Assembly (NCBI GenBank): GCA_902611845.1
Contig: CACMAX010000001.1
Coordinates: forward strand, 209,445 to 273,444
DNA: 64,000 bases
Source of the DNA: an uncultured Pelagibacteraceae bacterium
GTDB taxonomy: Bacteria; Pseudomonadota; Alphaproteobacteria; Pelagibacterales; Pelagibacteraceae
Reading direction: 5' to 3'
Shown here: in pieces, positions 18,966 to 28,355 of the stretch
Layout: every line of letters starts with the position of its first letter
Position numbering within the stretch: the stretch's first letter is position 1
Program-made: the position numbers and the translations under genes
The notes under the pieces: generated by a model
Database searches by the model: none
Told to the model about the DNA's origin: nothing
The model's input: only the letters and a program-made list of their open reading frames with translations

Positions 18966-21958
18966 GCCAACCATTCAGATTAAATAAAGAGGGATTAATT
19001 AATCGAAACAAAAAAATATCTTTTACTTTTAATGGTAAAAAATTATTTGGATATGAGGGAGATACGATTGCATCTGCTTTGATTGCAAATGGAATACACC
19101 TAGTTGGTAGAAGTTTTAAGTATCATAGACCCAGAGGTTTTTTTGGAGCAGGAGTAGAGGAACCAAACGCAAAGCTTCAAGTAGAATTCAATGGTCATTC
19201 AGAGCCAAATGTTAATGCAACAGAAATGGAACTCGTTGAAGGTTTGTCCGCAACAAGTCAAAATTGTTGGCCATCAGTTAATTTTGATGTTGGTGCAATT
19301 AATAATTTTTTAAAAATGTTTTTCCCTGCAGGGTTTTATTACAAAACATTTATGTGGCCTAAAAGTTTCTGGTATAAAATTTACGAACCTTTCATTAGAA
19401 AAGCCGCAGGATTAGGGGTTGCTTCGATAGAAAAAGATAAAGAGAGATATGAACATAAATTTGAGTATTGTGATTTGTTAGTTACTGGATCTGGACCCTC
19501 TGGATTAGCAAGTGCTTATGCTGCTGCAAAAAATGGAGCAAAAGTAATTTTAGCCGAGGATAAACCAAGATTTGGAGGAACACTTTTAACTGATGACGTA
19601 AGTATCGATAATTTATCAGGAAAAGATTGGGCAGAAAAAATAATTACTGAATTAAAATCTATGCCTAATGTCACTGTAAAAAATAGATCTCAAGTTTTTG
19701 GTTACTATGATCATAACATGCTGGTAATGTTTGAGAGAGTTAGTGATCATTTAGAGACAAAATCAAAATTCACCCCAAGACAAAGACTTTGGTATATTAG
19801 GGCCAAAGAAACAATTTTATCAACGGGTTCAATTGAAAGACCAATTGTGTTTGGCAACAATGATACTCCAGGAATTTTTTTATCAGCAGCTGCAAAAGAA
19901 TATATGAAAGTCTATGGAGTTTTAGTAGGAAAGAAACCTTTAATATTTACTAATAACGATAGTGCATATGAAACAGCTTTAGAGTTCAAAAAAAATAATG
20001 TTGAACCAATTATATTAGATACTAGAGAAGAACATTCATCAGAATTAATCGATGAAGCTAAATCAAAAGGAATTGATATAAGATTTTCCCACGGTGTTAT
20101 TGTCGCTAATGGATACAAAAAAGTTAAATCTGCAAAAATTGGCAAACTGAATAAAGATAAAAATTCTTTTGAGAAAATAGAAACTGTAGATTGTGATTGT
20201 ATTTGTGTATCTGGATTTTGGACACCATCTGTACATTTAGCATCACAGTCAGGAAATAAACTTAAGTATGAAGAAAAAATTGATGCATTTATTCCAGATA
20301 AGAAAAAACAACATGAGACCTCAGTTGGCGCAGCAAATGGATCATTCACATTAGAAGAAAGTTTAAAACATGGTTTTGAAAATGGTTCAAATCTTTCCGC
20401 AAAAATTACAGAGACTAAAACAGAAATCTCAATTCCAAATGTAAATGAAAAGAAATACGGAGCTCATGATAAATTTTGGTGTATGCCGTTACCTAAAAAT
20501 GAAAATCCAAAAAGATTTGTTGACTTTCAGAATGATGTATCTGTCTCTGATATAGAAATCGCACTAAGAGAAGGTTACAGATCAATAGAGCACGTCAAAA
20601 GATATACAACGCTTGGAATGGCAACAGATCAAGGCCGTACAAGTAATTTAAATGGTCTTCAGTTGGTATCTAATATAGAAAATAAAATAGTTCCTGAAGT
20701 GGGACACACAACATTTAGACCACCTTTCACACCAATTACAATCGGGACAATAGTTGGTCGTGAAGTAGGTATGGAATACATGCCAACTAGAAAAACTCCA
20801 ATGCATGAATGGCATGAGAAAAATAATGCTGTATTTGTTGATGCGGGTGCTTGGAAAAGACCTCGATATTACAAACAAGGAAATGAAACTTTATTTGAAG
20901 CCTCAAAGAGAGAGGCAAAAAATGTTAGAGAGAATGTTGGTATATGCGATGTAACAACATTAGGAAAAATTGATATTAAAGGCCCAGATGCAGCAGAATT
21001 TTTAAATAGAGTTTATACAAATGCTTGGATGAAATTACCTGTCGGAAAAGCAAGATATGGATTAATGCTTAGAGAAGATGGAATTGTCATGGACGATGGA
21101 ACAACAACAAGAATTTCAGAAAATCATTATCATATGACAACTACAACCGCACAAGCTGCAAATGTTTTATCTCACTTAGAATATTATCTTCAAATTGTTT
21201 GGCCAGAATTAAACGTAAACGTTGTATCTACAACTGAGCAATGGGCAGGGGCTGCAATTGCCGGACCTAAATCTAGAGACATGTTATCAAAATTATATCC
21301 GGACTTAGATGTTTCAAATGATGCATTGCCTTTTATGGGCTATAAAGAAGCAGAATTTTTTGGTGTTCCATCAAGAATTTTTAGAATTTCATTTTCTGGT
21401 GAGCTTGCATATGAGATTAATGTCAAATCAGATCATGGTTTGTTCATGTGGGAGAAAATGATGGAAGTAGGAAAAGAATTTGGAAATCAGCCTTACGGAA
21501 CTGAAGCTTTATCAACATTAAGAATTGAAATGGGACACGTTGCAGGACCAGAATTAGATGGCCGAACAATCCCATCAGATGTTTCATTAAATGGATTAGT
21601 TTCAAAGAAAAAAGATTTTATTGGCAAAAATTCTTTAGGAAGAGAAGCATTTAATGTTGAGAGAAGACAAAAAATTGTTGGACTTATTCCAATTGATAGA
21701 AAGTCTAGTATTCCTGAAGGATCTCATATTGTTCAAGATCAGAATGCAAAATTACCTAATCCTAAACTTGGTCACGTTTCTTCTTCTTGTTGGAGTGTAG
21801 AAAATAATAATCCATTTTCTCTAGCAATTATGAAAGATGGAAAAAACATGATAGGTAAAAAGTTTTTTGCAGTATCACCATTAAAAAATAAATCAATAGA
21901 AGTAGAAGTTATATCTTCACATTATGTTGACCCAGAAGGAAAAAGAGTTAGATCATGA
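18962..21958 (+). CDS. soxA: Sarcosine oxidase alpha-family subunit
   Basis: GRSFKYHRPRG, EHVKRYTTLGMATDQG, TTFRPPFTP and a C-terminal GcvT domain. Confidence 0.95.
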   Translation: MSQPFRLNKEGLINRNKKISFTFNGKKLFGYEGDTIASALIANGIHLVGRSFKYHRPRGFFGAGVEEPNAKLQVEFNGHSEPNVNATEMELVEGLSATSQNCWPSVNFDVGAINNFLKMFFPAGFYYKTFMWPKSFWYKIYEPFIRKAAGLGVASIEKDKERYEHKFEYCDLLVTGSGPSGLASAYAAAKNGAKVILAEDKPRFGGTLLTDDVSIDNLSGKDWAEKIITELKSMPNVTVKNRSQVFGYYDHNMLVMFERVSDHLETKSKFTPRQRLWYIRAKETILSTGSIERPIVFGNNDTPGIFLSAAAKEYMKVYGVLVGKKPLIFTNNDSAYETALEFKKNNVEPIILDTREEHSSELIDEAKSKGIDIRFSHGVIVANGYKKVKSAKIGKLNKDKNSFEKIETVDCDCICVSGFWTPSVHLASQSGNKLKYEEKIDAFIPDKKKQHETSVGAANGSFTLEESLKHGFENGSNLSAKITETKTEISIPNVNEKKYGAHDKFWCMPLPKNENPKRFVDFQNDVSVSDIEIALREGYRSIEHVKRYTTLGMATDQGRTSNLNGLQLVSNIENKIVPEVGHTTFRPPFTPITIGTIVGREVGMEYMPTRKTPMHEWHEKNNAVFVDAGAWKRPRYYKQGNETLFEASKREAKNVRENVGICDVTTLGKIDIKGPDAAEFLNRVYTNAWMKLPVGKARYGLMLREDGIVMDDGTTTRISENHYHMTTTTAQAANVLSHLEYYLQIVWPELNVNVVSTTEQWAGAAIAGPKSRDMLSKLYPDLDVSNDALPFMGYKEAEFFGVPSRIFRISFSGELAYEINVKSDHGLFMWEKMMEVGKEFGNQPYGTEALSTLRIEMGHVAGPELDGRTIPSDVSLNGLVSKKKDFIGKNSLGREAFNVERRQKIVGLIPIDRKSSIPEGSHIVQDQNAKLPNPKLGHVSSSCWSVENNNPFSLAIMKDGKNMIGKKFFAVSPLKNKSIEVEVISSHYVDPEGKRVRS

Positions 21959-22533
21959 AAAATGTTTCTGCACTAGAAAATATTCATAAACATGGATTGT
22001 TTGGCAATCACGATAGTAAAGATGAGCTAATAAATATTAGAGAAATCAAAGATGTTTTGATTTATCAAATTGTTAAATATAAAAAATCTTCAATTAGTAT
22101 TGATAAAATAAAAATAGATAATTTAAATTTACCTGAGACACTTTTGGTTTCTTCAAATAAAAATACAAGAATTTTATGGATGGGACCTGATAATTGGTTA
22201 GTCTTTTCAAAAAATAAAGAAATAGAAAAATCTATTTTAGAGAACATAAGTCATGATGATTTTGCATTAACAGATCTATCTCATTCAAGAACAATACTGG
22301 AATTGGAAGGTTCTTTAGTAGATGAAGTATTGAAAAAAGGTTGTCCGTTAAATTTAGATGGTCTTGATGAAGGAAAATGTTCTAATTCTGCTTTTCATGC
22401 AATTACAATAACTATTGATTTTATAAGTTCAAATCCAAGAAAAGTAAGAATATTTGCTTTAAGAAGTTTTGGTGAATCTCTTTATCATTCAATAACTGAT
22501 GCTTGTTTAGAATTTGGCTATAAAGCTGAATAA
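21955..22533 (+). CDS. soxG: Sarcosine oxidase gamma-family subunit
   Basis: WMGPDNWL, DLSHSR, KGCPLNL, RSFGESL; ATGA overlap with soxA. Confidence 0.88.
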   Translation: MKNVSALENIHKHGLFGNHDSKDELINIREIKDVLIYQIVKYKKSSISIDKIKIDNLNLPETLLVSSNKNTRILWMGPDNWLVFSKNKEIEKSILENISHDDFALTDLSHSRTILELEGSLVDEVLKKGCPLNLDGLDEGKCSNSAFHAITITIDFISSNPRKVRIFALRSFGESLYHSITDACLEFGYKAE

Positions 22534-22536
22534 AAA

Positions 22537-24153
22537 TTATTCTGAAGTTTTAAATTTAGTTTTTTGAATAATAACCACAAACACAATTGGAATTATTAAA
22601 GTTATTAGTGTTACTGTTATCAACAAAATACCTAGATCTGAATAATCGGCAGTGGTAAGAATAGCATTTGTTACCTTATCTTTTACCTCTCTAGTAATAA
22701 CATAAATTTCATTTAAATATTTAGTCCCTAAAGCACTTGCTGATAAAGCAAGATTTGTAAAAGATGCGAATACTGCAAAGAAAGTTGCTTTTAAGTGCGA
22801 AGGCGCATTTTTAGCAATCCATGCAAGCAAAGGTATCATTGAGACTTGTCCCAAAGGTGACTCAAGTGCAGTATTTAATATTGCAATAAACTTGGCATCA
22901 ACAACTCCATTAGTAATTGATGATGTCCAATTGTGAAATCCATAATACATACCAACACTTGGTAAAAATAAAATTGCACCTGCAATGGATAAAATCACTA
23001 TTATTTTAGCTATTGAGTTGTTTGCCATAAATGGTCTTAATAAGATAATCCCTACAAGGGTTAAAACTGAAGCAATAAGTGATAACACTGAAAAAAATTG
23101 TTCATTGAATTCAAGTACATCAATTTCAAACCAAGATAAACCTGGACCAGGTCCTGGCATTGCTCTAAAAATAAAAATTATTATTGCTGTACCTACAACA
23201 GTAAGTCTTAAATCCTGAGGAAGTTCTTTAACTAATTTACTCATTAAAAATAGAATAATTGCCATTGAACCTACGAAAACAATTTCTTGAGCAAAAGGCA
23301 CTTTGAATGATCCAATACCTAAAGTGAAAATAACAAAAACCAAGCTTCCACCTAATATCCACCAGTTAACTTCAGTTTTTTCTGAAGGAGCATAATCTTG
23401 GTCACCCTCTAAACCTTGTTCAATAAGCTTTCTTTTCTTTTGATTTTTTAGATATGAAGCAAGAAATATTCCTAGTACAGATACAATTGGAATAATTAAA
23501 GCATATATATAAATTGAACCGTATAAACTTATCTTATCTGCTTGTTCAAGTTCGTCTACTCCTTTAAAGAGGATAACGTTAGCTAAAGCAACTAAAACAG
23601 TTCCACCAATTATTGCAAATCTTCCAAGAGTTTGCATTGTTGTATGCATAAGTTTGATTTCATCTCTTGAAAATTTATTTCCACTATCATCAACTAAAGG
23701 AACTGCTTCTACAGTCATAGCATCAGCTACAACATCTTGCACAACATAACCAATCGGAGCAAGCAAAACACTAATCACAAACCATGTTTCAACTGAAAGA
23801 ATTGAGGACATCCATTCAGTATGAATTATTAAACCGTACATTATAATTAAACTTAATGAGATTAAGGAAGCTCCTACAAAAACCATGTAATTTTTTTTAT
23901 TCCAGATAAGATCAACAAGATGACCTAAAGGCATCTTTAGTGCCCATGGAATTCCAGCCCAAAAACCCAGTCCAGCAAGAAAAGCAGCAGATAAGTTTAG
24001 ATAGTCTTTAACAAAAAAAGTTCCAACAATACCTGTTAGTCCTGAAATACCAGCAGCAAGATAAATCATCAATGGTGGTAGATAGGTCCATTTAAACTGT
24101 CTTCCTAAATCTATTAAAGTACTATCTATAAATCTCAAAATTTTATTACTCAT
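22537..24153 (-). CDS. BT1/FBT-family (folate-biopterin transporter-like) MFS permease
   Basis: IPWALKMPLGHLVD, QDVVADAMTVE, ATFFAVFASFTNL, and about 12-13 hydrophobic segments. Confidence 0.72.
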   Translation of the reverse strand: MSNKILRFIDSTLIDLGRQFKWTYLPPLMIYLAAGISGLTGIVGTFFVKDYLNLSAAFLAGLGFWAGIPWALKMPLGHLVDLIWNKKNYMVFVGASLISLSLIIMYGLIIHTEWMSSILSVETWFVISVLLAPIGYVVQDVVADAMTVEAVPLVDDSGNKFSRDEIKLMHTTMQTLGRFAIIGGTVLVALANVILFKGVDELEQADKISLYGSIYIYALIIPIVSVLGIFLASYLKNQKKRKLIEQGLEGDQDYAPSEKTEVNWWILGGSLVFVIFTLGIGSFKVPFAQEIVFVGSMAIILFLMSKLVKELPQDLRLTVVGTAIIIFIFRAMPGPGPGLSWFEIDVLEFNEQFFSVLSLIASVLTLVGIILLRPFMANNSIAKIIVILSIAGAILFLPSVGMYYGFHNWTSSITNGVVDAKFIAILNTALESPLGQVSMIPLLAWIAKNAPSHLKATFFAVFASFTNLALSASALGTKYLNEIYVITREVKDKVTNAILTTADYSDLGILLITVTLITLIIPIVFVVIIQKTKFKTSE

Positions 24154-24156
24154 AAA

Positions 24157-24597
24157 TTATTCTGTTAAATTTAATAATATTAATGCATTTTGTTTAGTTT
24201 CTTTACACCAAAGTTCATAACTTTCACAAACTCTCCACAAATGATCAAATGCTCTTTGAGATAATTCTAAAGGAAAGTGACTTTTTGCATAATATAATTT
24301 TGGGATTTTCATTAGTTGTTTAATCATAGAATCTTTTTGTATTTGTAAAAGTCTTATAGTTTCTTGATTAATCTTTTTTTTTGTAGATTTATCTATGTAG
24401 TCATTATTCTCAAGTTCTTTAAACCATTTATCATGAAAATTTCCTGAGCTAATTTCATTATAATCATCTGATGCAATAAATATTTCAAAAGCTTGAATAT
24501 TGGTTAAATTTGGATTTTTAATCTTGATTTCATATATCTTTTGATAAATGATTTCAGCAACATATAATACAAATGGTCTTGATTTATCAGTTTCCAA
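24157..24597 (-). CDS. Hypothetical protein
   Basis: 146-aa ORF filling the gap between co-oriented genes; SD-like GGAG upstream; no recognisable motif. Confidence 0.7.
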   Translation of the reverse strand: METDKSRPFVLYVAEIIYQKIYEIKIKNPNLTNIQAFEIFIASDDYNEISSGNFHDKWFKELENNDYIDKSTKKKINQETIRLLQIQKDSMIKQLMKIPKLYYAKSHFPLELSQRAFDHLWRVCESYELWCKETKQNALILLNLTE

Positions 24598-24607
24598 ACT
24601 AAACTCC

Positions 24608-25063
24608 TCAAATGTCTACTGAATAATAGCACGAATTAGGATCGTCTTTATAGTGCGCAAAAGGCCCACACTCTTTAAAACCAAAACTTTTAAAAAGTTT
24701 TCTAGCGGGCGCAAAAAAATCACCCGCACCAGTTTCGACACTTAGTTTAGTAATTCCTATTTGTTTAGATTTTTCAATAAGATGTGAAATTATTTTTCCA
24801 CCATATTTTTTATTTCTAAATTTATCTGAAACTCTTATAGATTTAAATTCTCCATGCGTTTCATCAAATAATTTTAAAGCTCCACAACCAATTAATTCAT
24901 TATTTTCCCACAAACTCCAGAATTTTATACTTGGATCCTTTAATCCAGGTATATCTAATACATGCGAACTCCCCTCAGGAGAAACTGATCTCAATTCAAT
25001 AAAATGCTTAGTTAGCAACTCATTTACTTGCGGATCATCAAAATTATTTTCTATTGATTTCAT
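24608..25063 (-). CDS. GNAT family N-acetyltransferase (YsnE-like)
   Basis: SPEGSSHVLD, GCGALK, GEFKSIR, LSVETG and FGFKECGPFAHY. The start is placed at MKSIEN (25063). Confidence 0.88.
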   Translation of the reverse strand: MKSIENNFDDPQVNELLTKHFIELRSVSPEGSSHVLDIPGLKDPSIKFWSLWENNELIGCGALKLFDETHGEFKSIRVSDKFRNKKYGGKIISHLIEKSKQIGITKLSVETGAGDFFAPARKLFKSFGFKECGPFAHYKDDPNSCYYSVDI

Positions 25064-25114
25064 AGTTTCGAAAAACATATAATCTAAATTTAGATTAAAC
25101 CAAGAAAATTAAAT

Positions 25115-25738
25115 ATGTGTGGAAGATACGTAATAACTAGCCCCGTTACAAAAACAAAAAAACTTGTTAAGTCAGCTATACAAGTTGAAGATAATGAAAA
25201 TTATAATGCACATCCATTTCAAAAATTACCTGTAATTAAAAAATATAATAATGGAAATACTCTAGAAAATTTAAAGTGGGGAGTAGTACCTAGCTGGGCT
25301 AAGCAAAAAGATTTTAAACCTTTAATAAATGCAAGACTAGAAACTATAGATGAAAAAGTGTCTTTCAAAAAATTAATTCGACTACATAGATGTGTAGCTG
25401 TAGCAGATGGTTTTTATGAGTGGAAAAGAGAAAAAGAAAATAAAACACCTTATTATTTTTTAAGAGAGGATAAAAAGCTTATGTATTTAGCGGCTATTTA
25501 TGACAACGATCAATTTTGTTTAATAACCGAGGATGCAGATGAAAATATTAAAGAAATACATCATAGACAGCCTGTTATAATCAATGAAAATGATGTTAAT
25601 AGATATTTAAATCTTGAATTAACAGGATCGAGTTTTCTGAAAGAGTGTAAAAAAACAAAATTAAACTTTCATGAAGTTTCAAAGGAAGTTAACAAACCCA
25701 CAAACAATAATATTTCTTTGATCCAAACAATTTCTTAA
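25115..25738 (+). CDS. SOS response-associated peptidase (SRAP/YedK/HMCES family, abasic-site crosslinking)
   Basis: N-terminal MCGRY, INARLET, ADGFYEWK, IHHRQPVI. Confidence 0.92.
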   Translation: MCGRYVITSPVTKTKKLVKSAIQVEDNENYNAHPFQKLPVIKKYNNGNTLENLKWGVVPSWAKQKDFKPLINARLETIDEKVSFKKLIRLHRCVAVADGFYEWKREKENKTPYYFLREDKKLMYLAAIYDNDQFCLITEDADENIKEIHHRQPVIINENDVNRYLNLELTGSSFLKECKKTKLNFHEVSKEVNKPTNNNISLIQTIS

Positions 25739-25740
25739 AA

Positions 25741-26784
25741 CTATTTTTCTATAGTTGTTAAATGTCCCATTTTCCTTTTAGCTTTAACTTCTTTTTTTAA
25801 ATAATCATAAAAAAATTCATTTTCTTTAAATTTTTTATTTTTATATTCTAATATATCTTCACCAATCAAATTAAGCATTTTTGCATTATAAATTTTTTTT
25901 GTTTCTAATTTTTCAAGCCCACATACAGCTCTTATATGATTTTCAAATTGGCTAATGTTGTGCGAATTTATAGTTAGATGTCCAGAATTATGTACTCTTG
26001 GTGCAACTTCATTAGCATATAAATTATTATTTTTATCTATAAAGAATTCAACGCACATTGTACCAATATAATCAAGCTCTTCAGCCACTGTTTTTGCCCA
26101 GTCCAATGCTTTATTTTTAATTTCATCACTTATATCGGCTGGAATTTTGGAGTGTTTTAAAATCTGGTCTTCATGATAATTTTCAATTGGATCATAAATT
26201 TCATATTTTTGATGACCAAATCTTGTAACCACTACTGAAATTTCTTTTTTTAAATTTACTATCTTTTCTAAGATGTAGCCTTTTGAAAAATCAAAATCTT
26301 CATTTAAATCATTTGCATTATTTATTTTATATTGGCCCTTTCCATCATAACCAAGTGTACAAGTTTTTAATAAGCCAGGTATTAATCTATCGTTTATTTT
26401 TATATCATCTAAATCGTTAATACTTACAAACTGTGTTGTAGTTATATTATTTTTATTTAAAAACTCTTTTTCAGACATTCTATTTTGAATTAATTTATTT
26501 ATTTCTGGGCTTGGTAATACAGATTTGGTTTCATTAATTTTTTTCAATATATCATATGGGATATTTTCAAATTCATAAGTAACAAGATCAACTTTTTCTA
26601 AAAAGTTATTGATAATATTTATGTCTTGGTAGTCTCCATAAATAAATTCATCTGCAAAATTGATTGCGGGTGCATCTTTATCATCTGATAAAATAACAGT
26701 TTTAATATTAAGTTTTTTTGCTGCGGATGCTAATAGACTTCCTAATTGTCCTCCACCTATTATTCCTAGATCAGGTTTAGACAT
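25741..26784 (-). CDS. purK: N5-carboxyaminoimidazole ribonucleotide synthase
   Basis: GIIGGGQLG, TYEFEN, GYDGKGQ, APRVHNSGH, KRKMGH. Confidence 0.96.
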   Translation of the reverse strand: MSKPDLGIIGGGQLGSLLASAAKKLNIKTVILSDDKDAPAINFADEFIYGDYQDINIINNFLEKVDLVTYEFENIPYDILKKINETKSVLPSPEINKLIQNRMSEKEFLNKNNITTTQFVSINDLDDIKINDRLIPGLLKTCTLGYDGKGQYKINNANDLNEDFDFSKGYILEKIVNLKKEISVVVTRFGHQKYEIYDPIENYHEDQILKHSKIPADISDEIKNKALDWAKTVAEELDYIGTMCVEFFIDKNNNLYANEVAPRVHNSGHLTINSHNISQFENHIRAVCGLEKLETKKIYNAKMLNLIGEDILEYKNKKFKENEFFYDYLKKEVKAKRKMGHLTTIEK

Positions 26785-26787
26785 TAA

Positions 26788-27282
26788 TTACTTTGGTTTT
26801 TTTTTTACTTTTGATGTTTGTTTTTTTCGCCAATTTAAAAGTGTTTTTTTTACATTGTTATCATACGTAGCTATAATTGAAGCAGCATATAAACCAGCAT
26901 TGATTGCACCATCTTCACCAATTGCAACTGTGCCAACAGGAATTCCTTTAGGCATTTGAGCAATTGATAGAAGGCTATCTAAGCCTTTTAACTTTTTACT
27001 TTCAATAGGAACACCTATTACTGGAATTCTAGTTATTGCAGCAATCATACCAGGTAAATGTGCTGATCCTCCTGCCCCAGCAATAATAATAGAAATATTA
27101 TTATTTTCTGCTTTCTTTGCATAAGTATATAGTCTATCAGGCGTTCTGTGTGCAGAGACGATATTTGTCTCATAATTAACTTTTAAAATCTTAAGAACTT
27201 TTTCACAATTCTTCATTGTTTTGTAATCAGACTGACTGCCCATTACAATTGATACTTTATGTGATTTTTTTTTGTATTTCAT
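26788..27282 (-). CDS. purE: N5-carboxyaminoimidazole ribonucleotide mutase
   Basis: MGSQSD, SAHRTP, AGAGGSAHLPGM, MPKGIPVGT. Confidence 0.98.
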   Translation of the reverse strand: MKYKKKSHKVSIVMGSQSDYKTMKNCEKVLKILKVNYETNIVSAHRTPDRLYTYAKKAENNNISIIIAGAGGSAHLPGMIAAITRIPVIGVPIESKKLKGLDSLLSIAQMPKGIPVGTVAIGEDGAINAGLYAASIIATYDNNVKKTLLNWRKKQTSKVKKKPK

Positions 27283-27386
27283 GAAACCAATATCAATTTA
27301 CAGATATTTCCCTTAAATTGCAATTTTTAGCTAAGGACAGTTTAAGTTAGTGACAATCATAATAATAATAATAGTGTATACCAAAT

Positions 27387-28355
27387 ATGAATTATCGAAT
27401 TGATAATCTTCAGTATTGTAAATGGTCTAGAGAAATCTTTGAAATAAATAATAAAGCTGGATTAAATGCGGTTCACGTAACGTTAGTTTATCATGAGGAC
27501 TATGATGAATTACAACAAAGAATACAAGAGTGGAATAAACATTTTGAAGAAAATAAAGATCTTATATTTCTAGGCAATAACTACAATGATATTACAAAAG
27601 CAAAAGAAGAAAATAAAACTGCAATTTTTTTTGGATTTCAAAATTGTTCTCCAATTGAAGATGACATAAGTCTTATAGAAAAAGTACACTCACAAGGTTG
27701 TCGATTTATGCAATTAACTTATAACAACCAATCATTATTAGCCACCGGATGTTATGAAAAAAATGATAGCGGAGTTACTAATTTTGGAAAAGAGGCTATT
27801 AAAGAAATGAATAGAGTAGGTATCGTTGTTGACATGTCTCATTCAGCAGAGAAAAGTACACTTGATGCAATTGAAATTAGCCAAAAACCTATTGCGATCA
27901 CTCATGCAAATCCAACTTTTTGGTTTGAAGCTAAAAGAAATAAATCTACAGAATTATTAAAAGTTTTATCCGATAGTGGAGGAATGTTAGGGTTATCATT
28001 GTATGCTCATCATTTAAAAGATGGAACGAATTGTAAAATAGAAAGTTTTTGTGAAATGGTTGCAAGAACAGTTGAAATTATGGGTATTAATAATGTTGGA
28101 ATAGGATCAGACTTATGTTTGAACCAACCAGACAGTGTAGTTGAGTGGATGAGAAATGGAACTTGGTCAAAATCAAAAAATTTTGGTGAAGGCAGTAAAG
28201 ATAAACCTGGTTTTCCAAAACAACCAGATTGGTTTTTGGATGCAAGAGGATTTAATAATTTAAGTACAGAACTAAAAAATAAAGGTTTTCAGGAAGAAGA
28301 GATAAATAAGATACTTGGCAATAACTGGTTTAATTTTTATAAAGGAATTAATTAA
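27387..28355 (+). CDS. Membrane dipeptidase (M19) family amidohydrolase with an altered metal site
   Basis: QLTYN, VDMSH, ITHAN and GIGSD are present, but IDNLQY and FGFQN replace the usual DGHND and EG motifs. Confidence 0.8.
   Translation: MNYRIDNLQYCKWSREIFEINNKAGLNAVHVTLVYHEDYDELQQRIQEWNKHFEENKDLIFLGNNYNDITKAKEENKTAIFFGFQNCSPIEDDISLIEKVHSQGCRFMQLTYNNQSLLATGCYEKNDSGVTNFGKEAIKEMNRVGIVVDMSHSAEKSTLDAIEISQKPIAITHANPTFWFEAKRNKSTELLKVLSDSGGMLGLSLYAHHLKDGTNCKIESFCEMVARTVEIMGINNVGIGSDLCLNQPDSVVEWMRNGTWSKSKNFGEGSKDKPGFPKQPDWFLDARGFNNLSTELKNKGFQEEEINKILGNNWFNFYKGIN

Noticed and set aside
25115-25738. SRAP gene as a marker of a prophage or SOS mutagenesis cassette
   Set aside because: It is flanked by purK and a GNAT gene with no umuDC, imuABC or phage genes; it looks like a stand-alone housekeeping copy
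27361-27373. AATAATAATAATA microsatellite before the dipeptidase gene
   Set aside because: Too short to be significant in such AT-rich DNA
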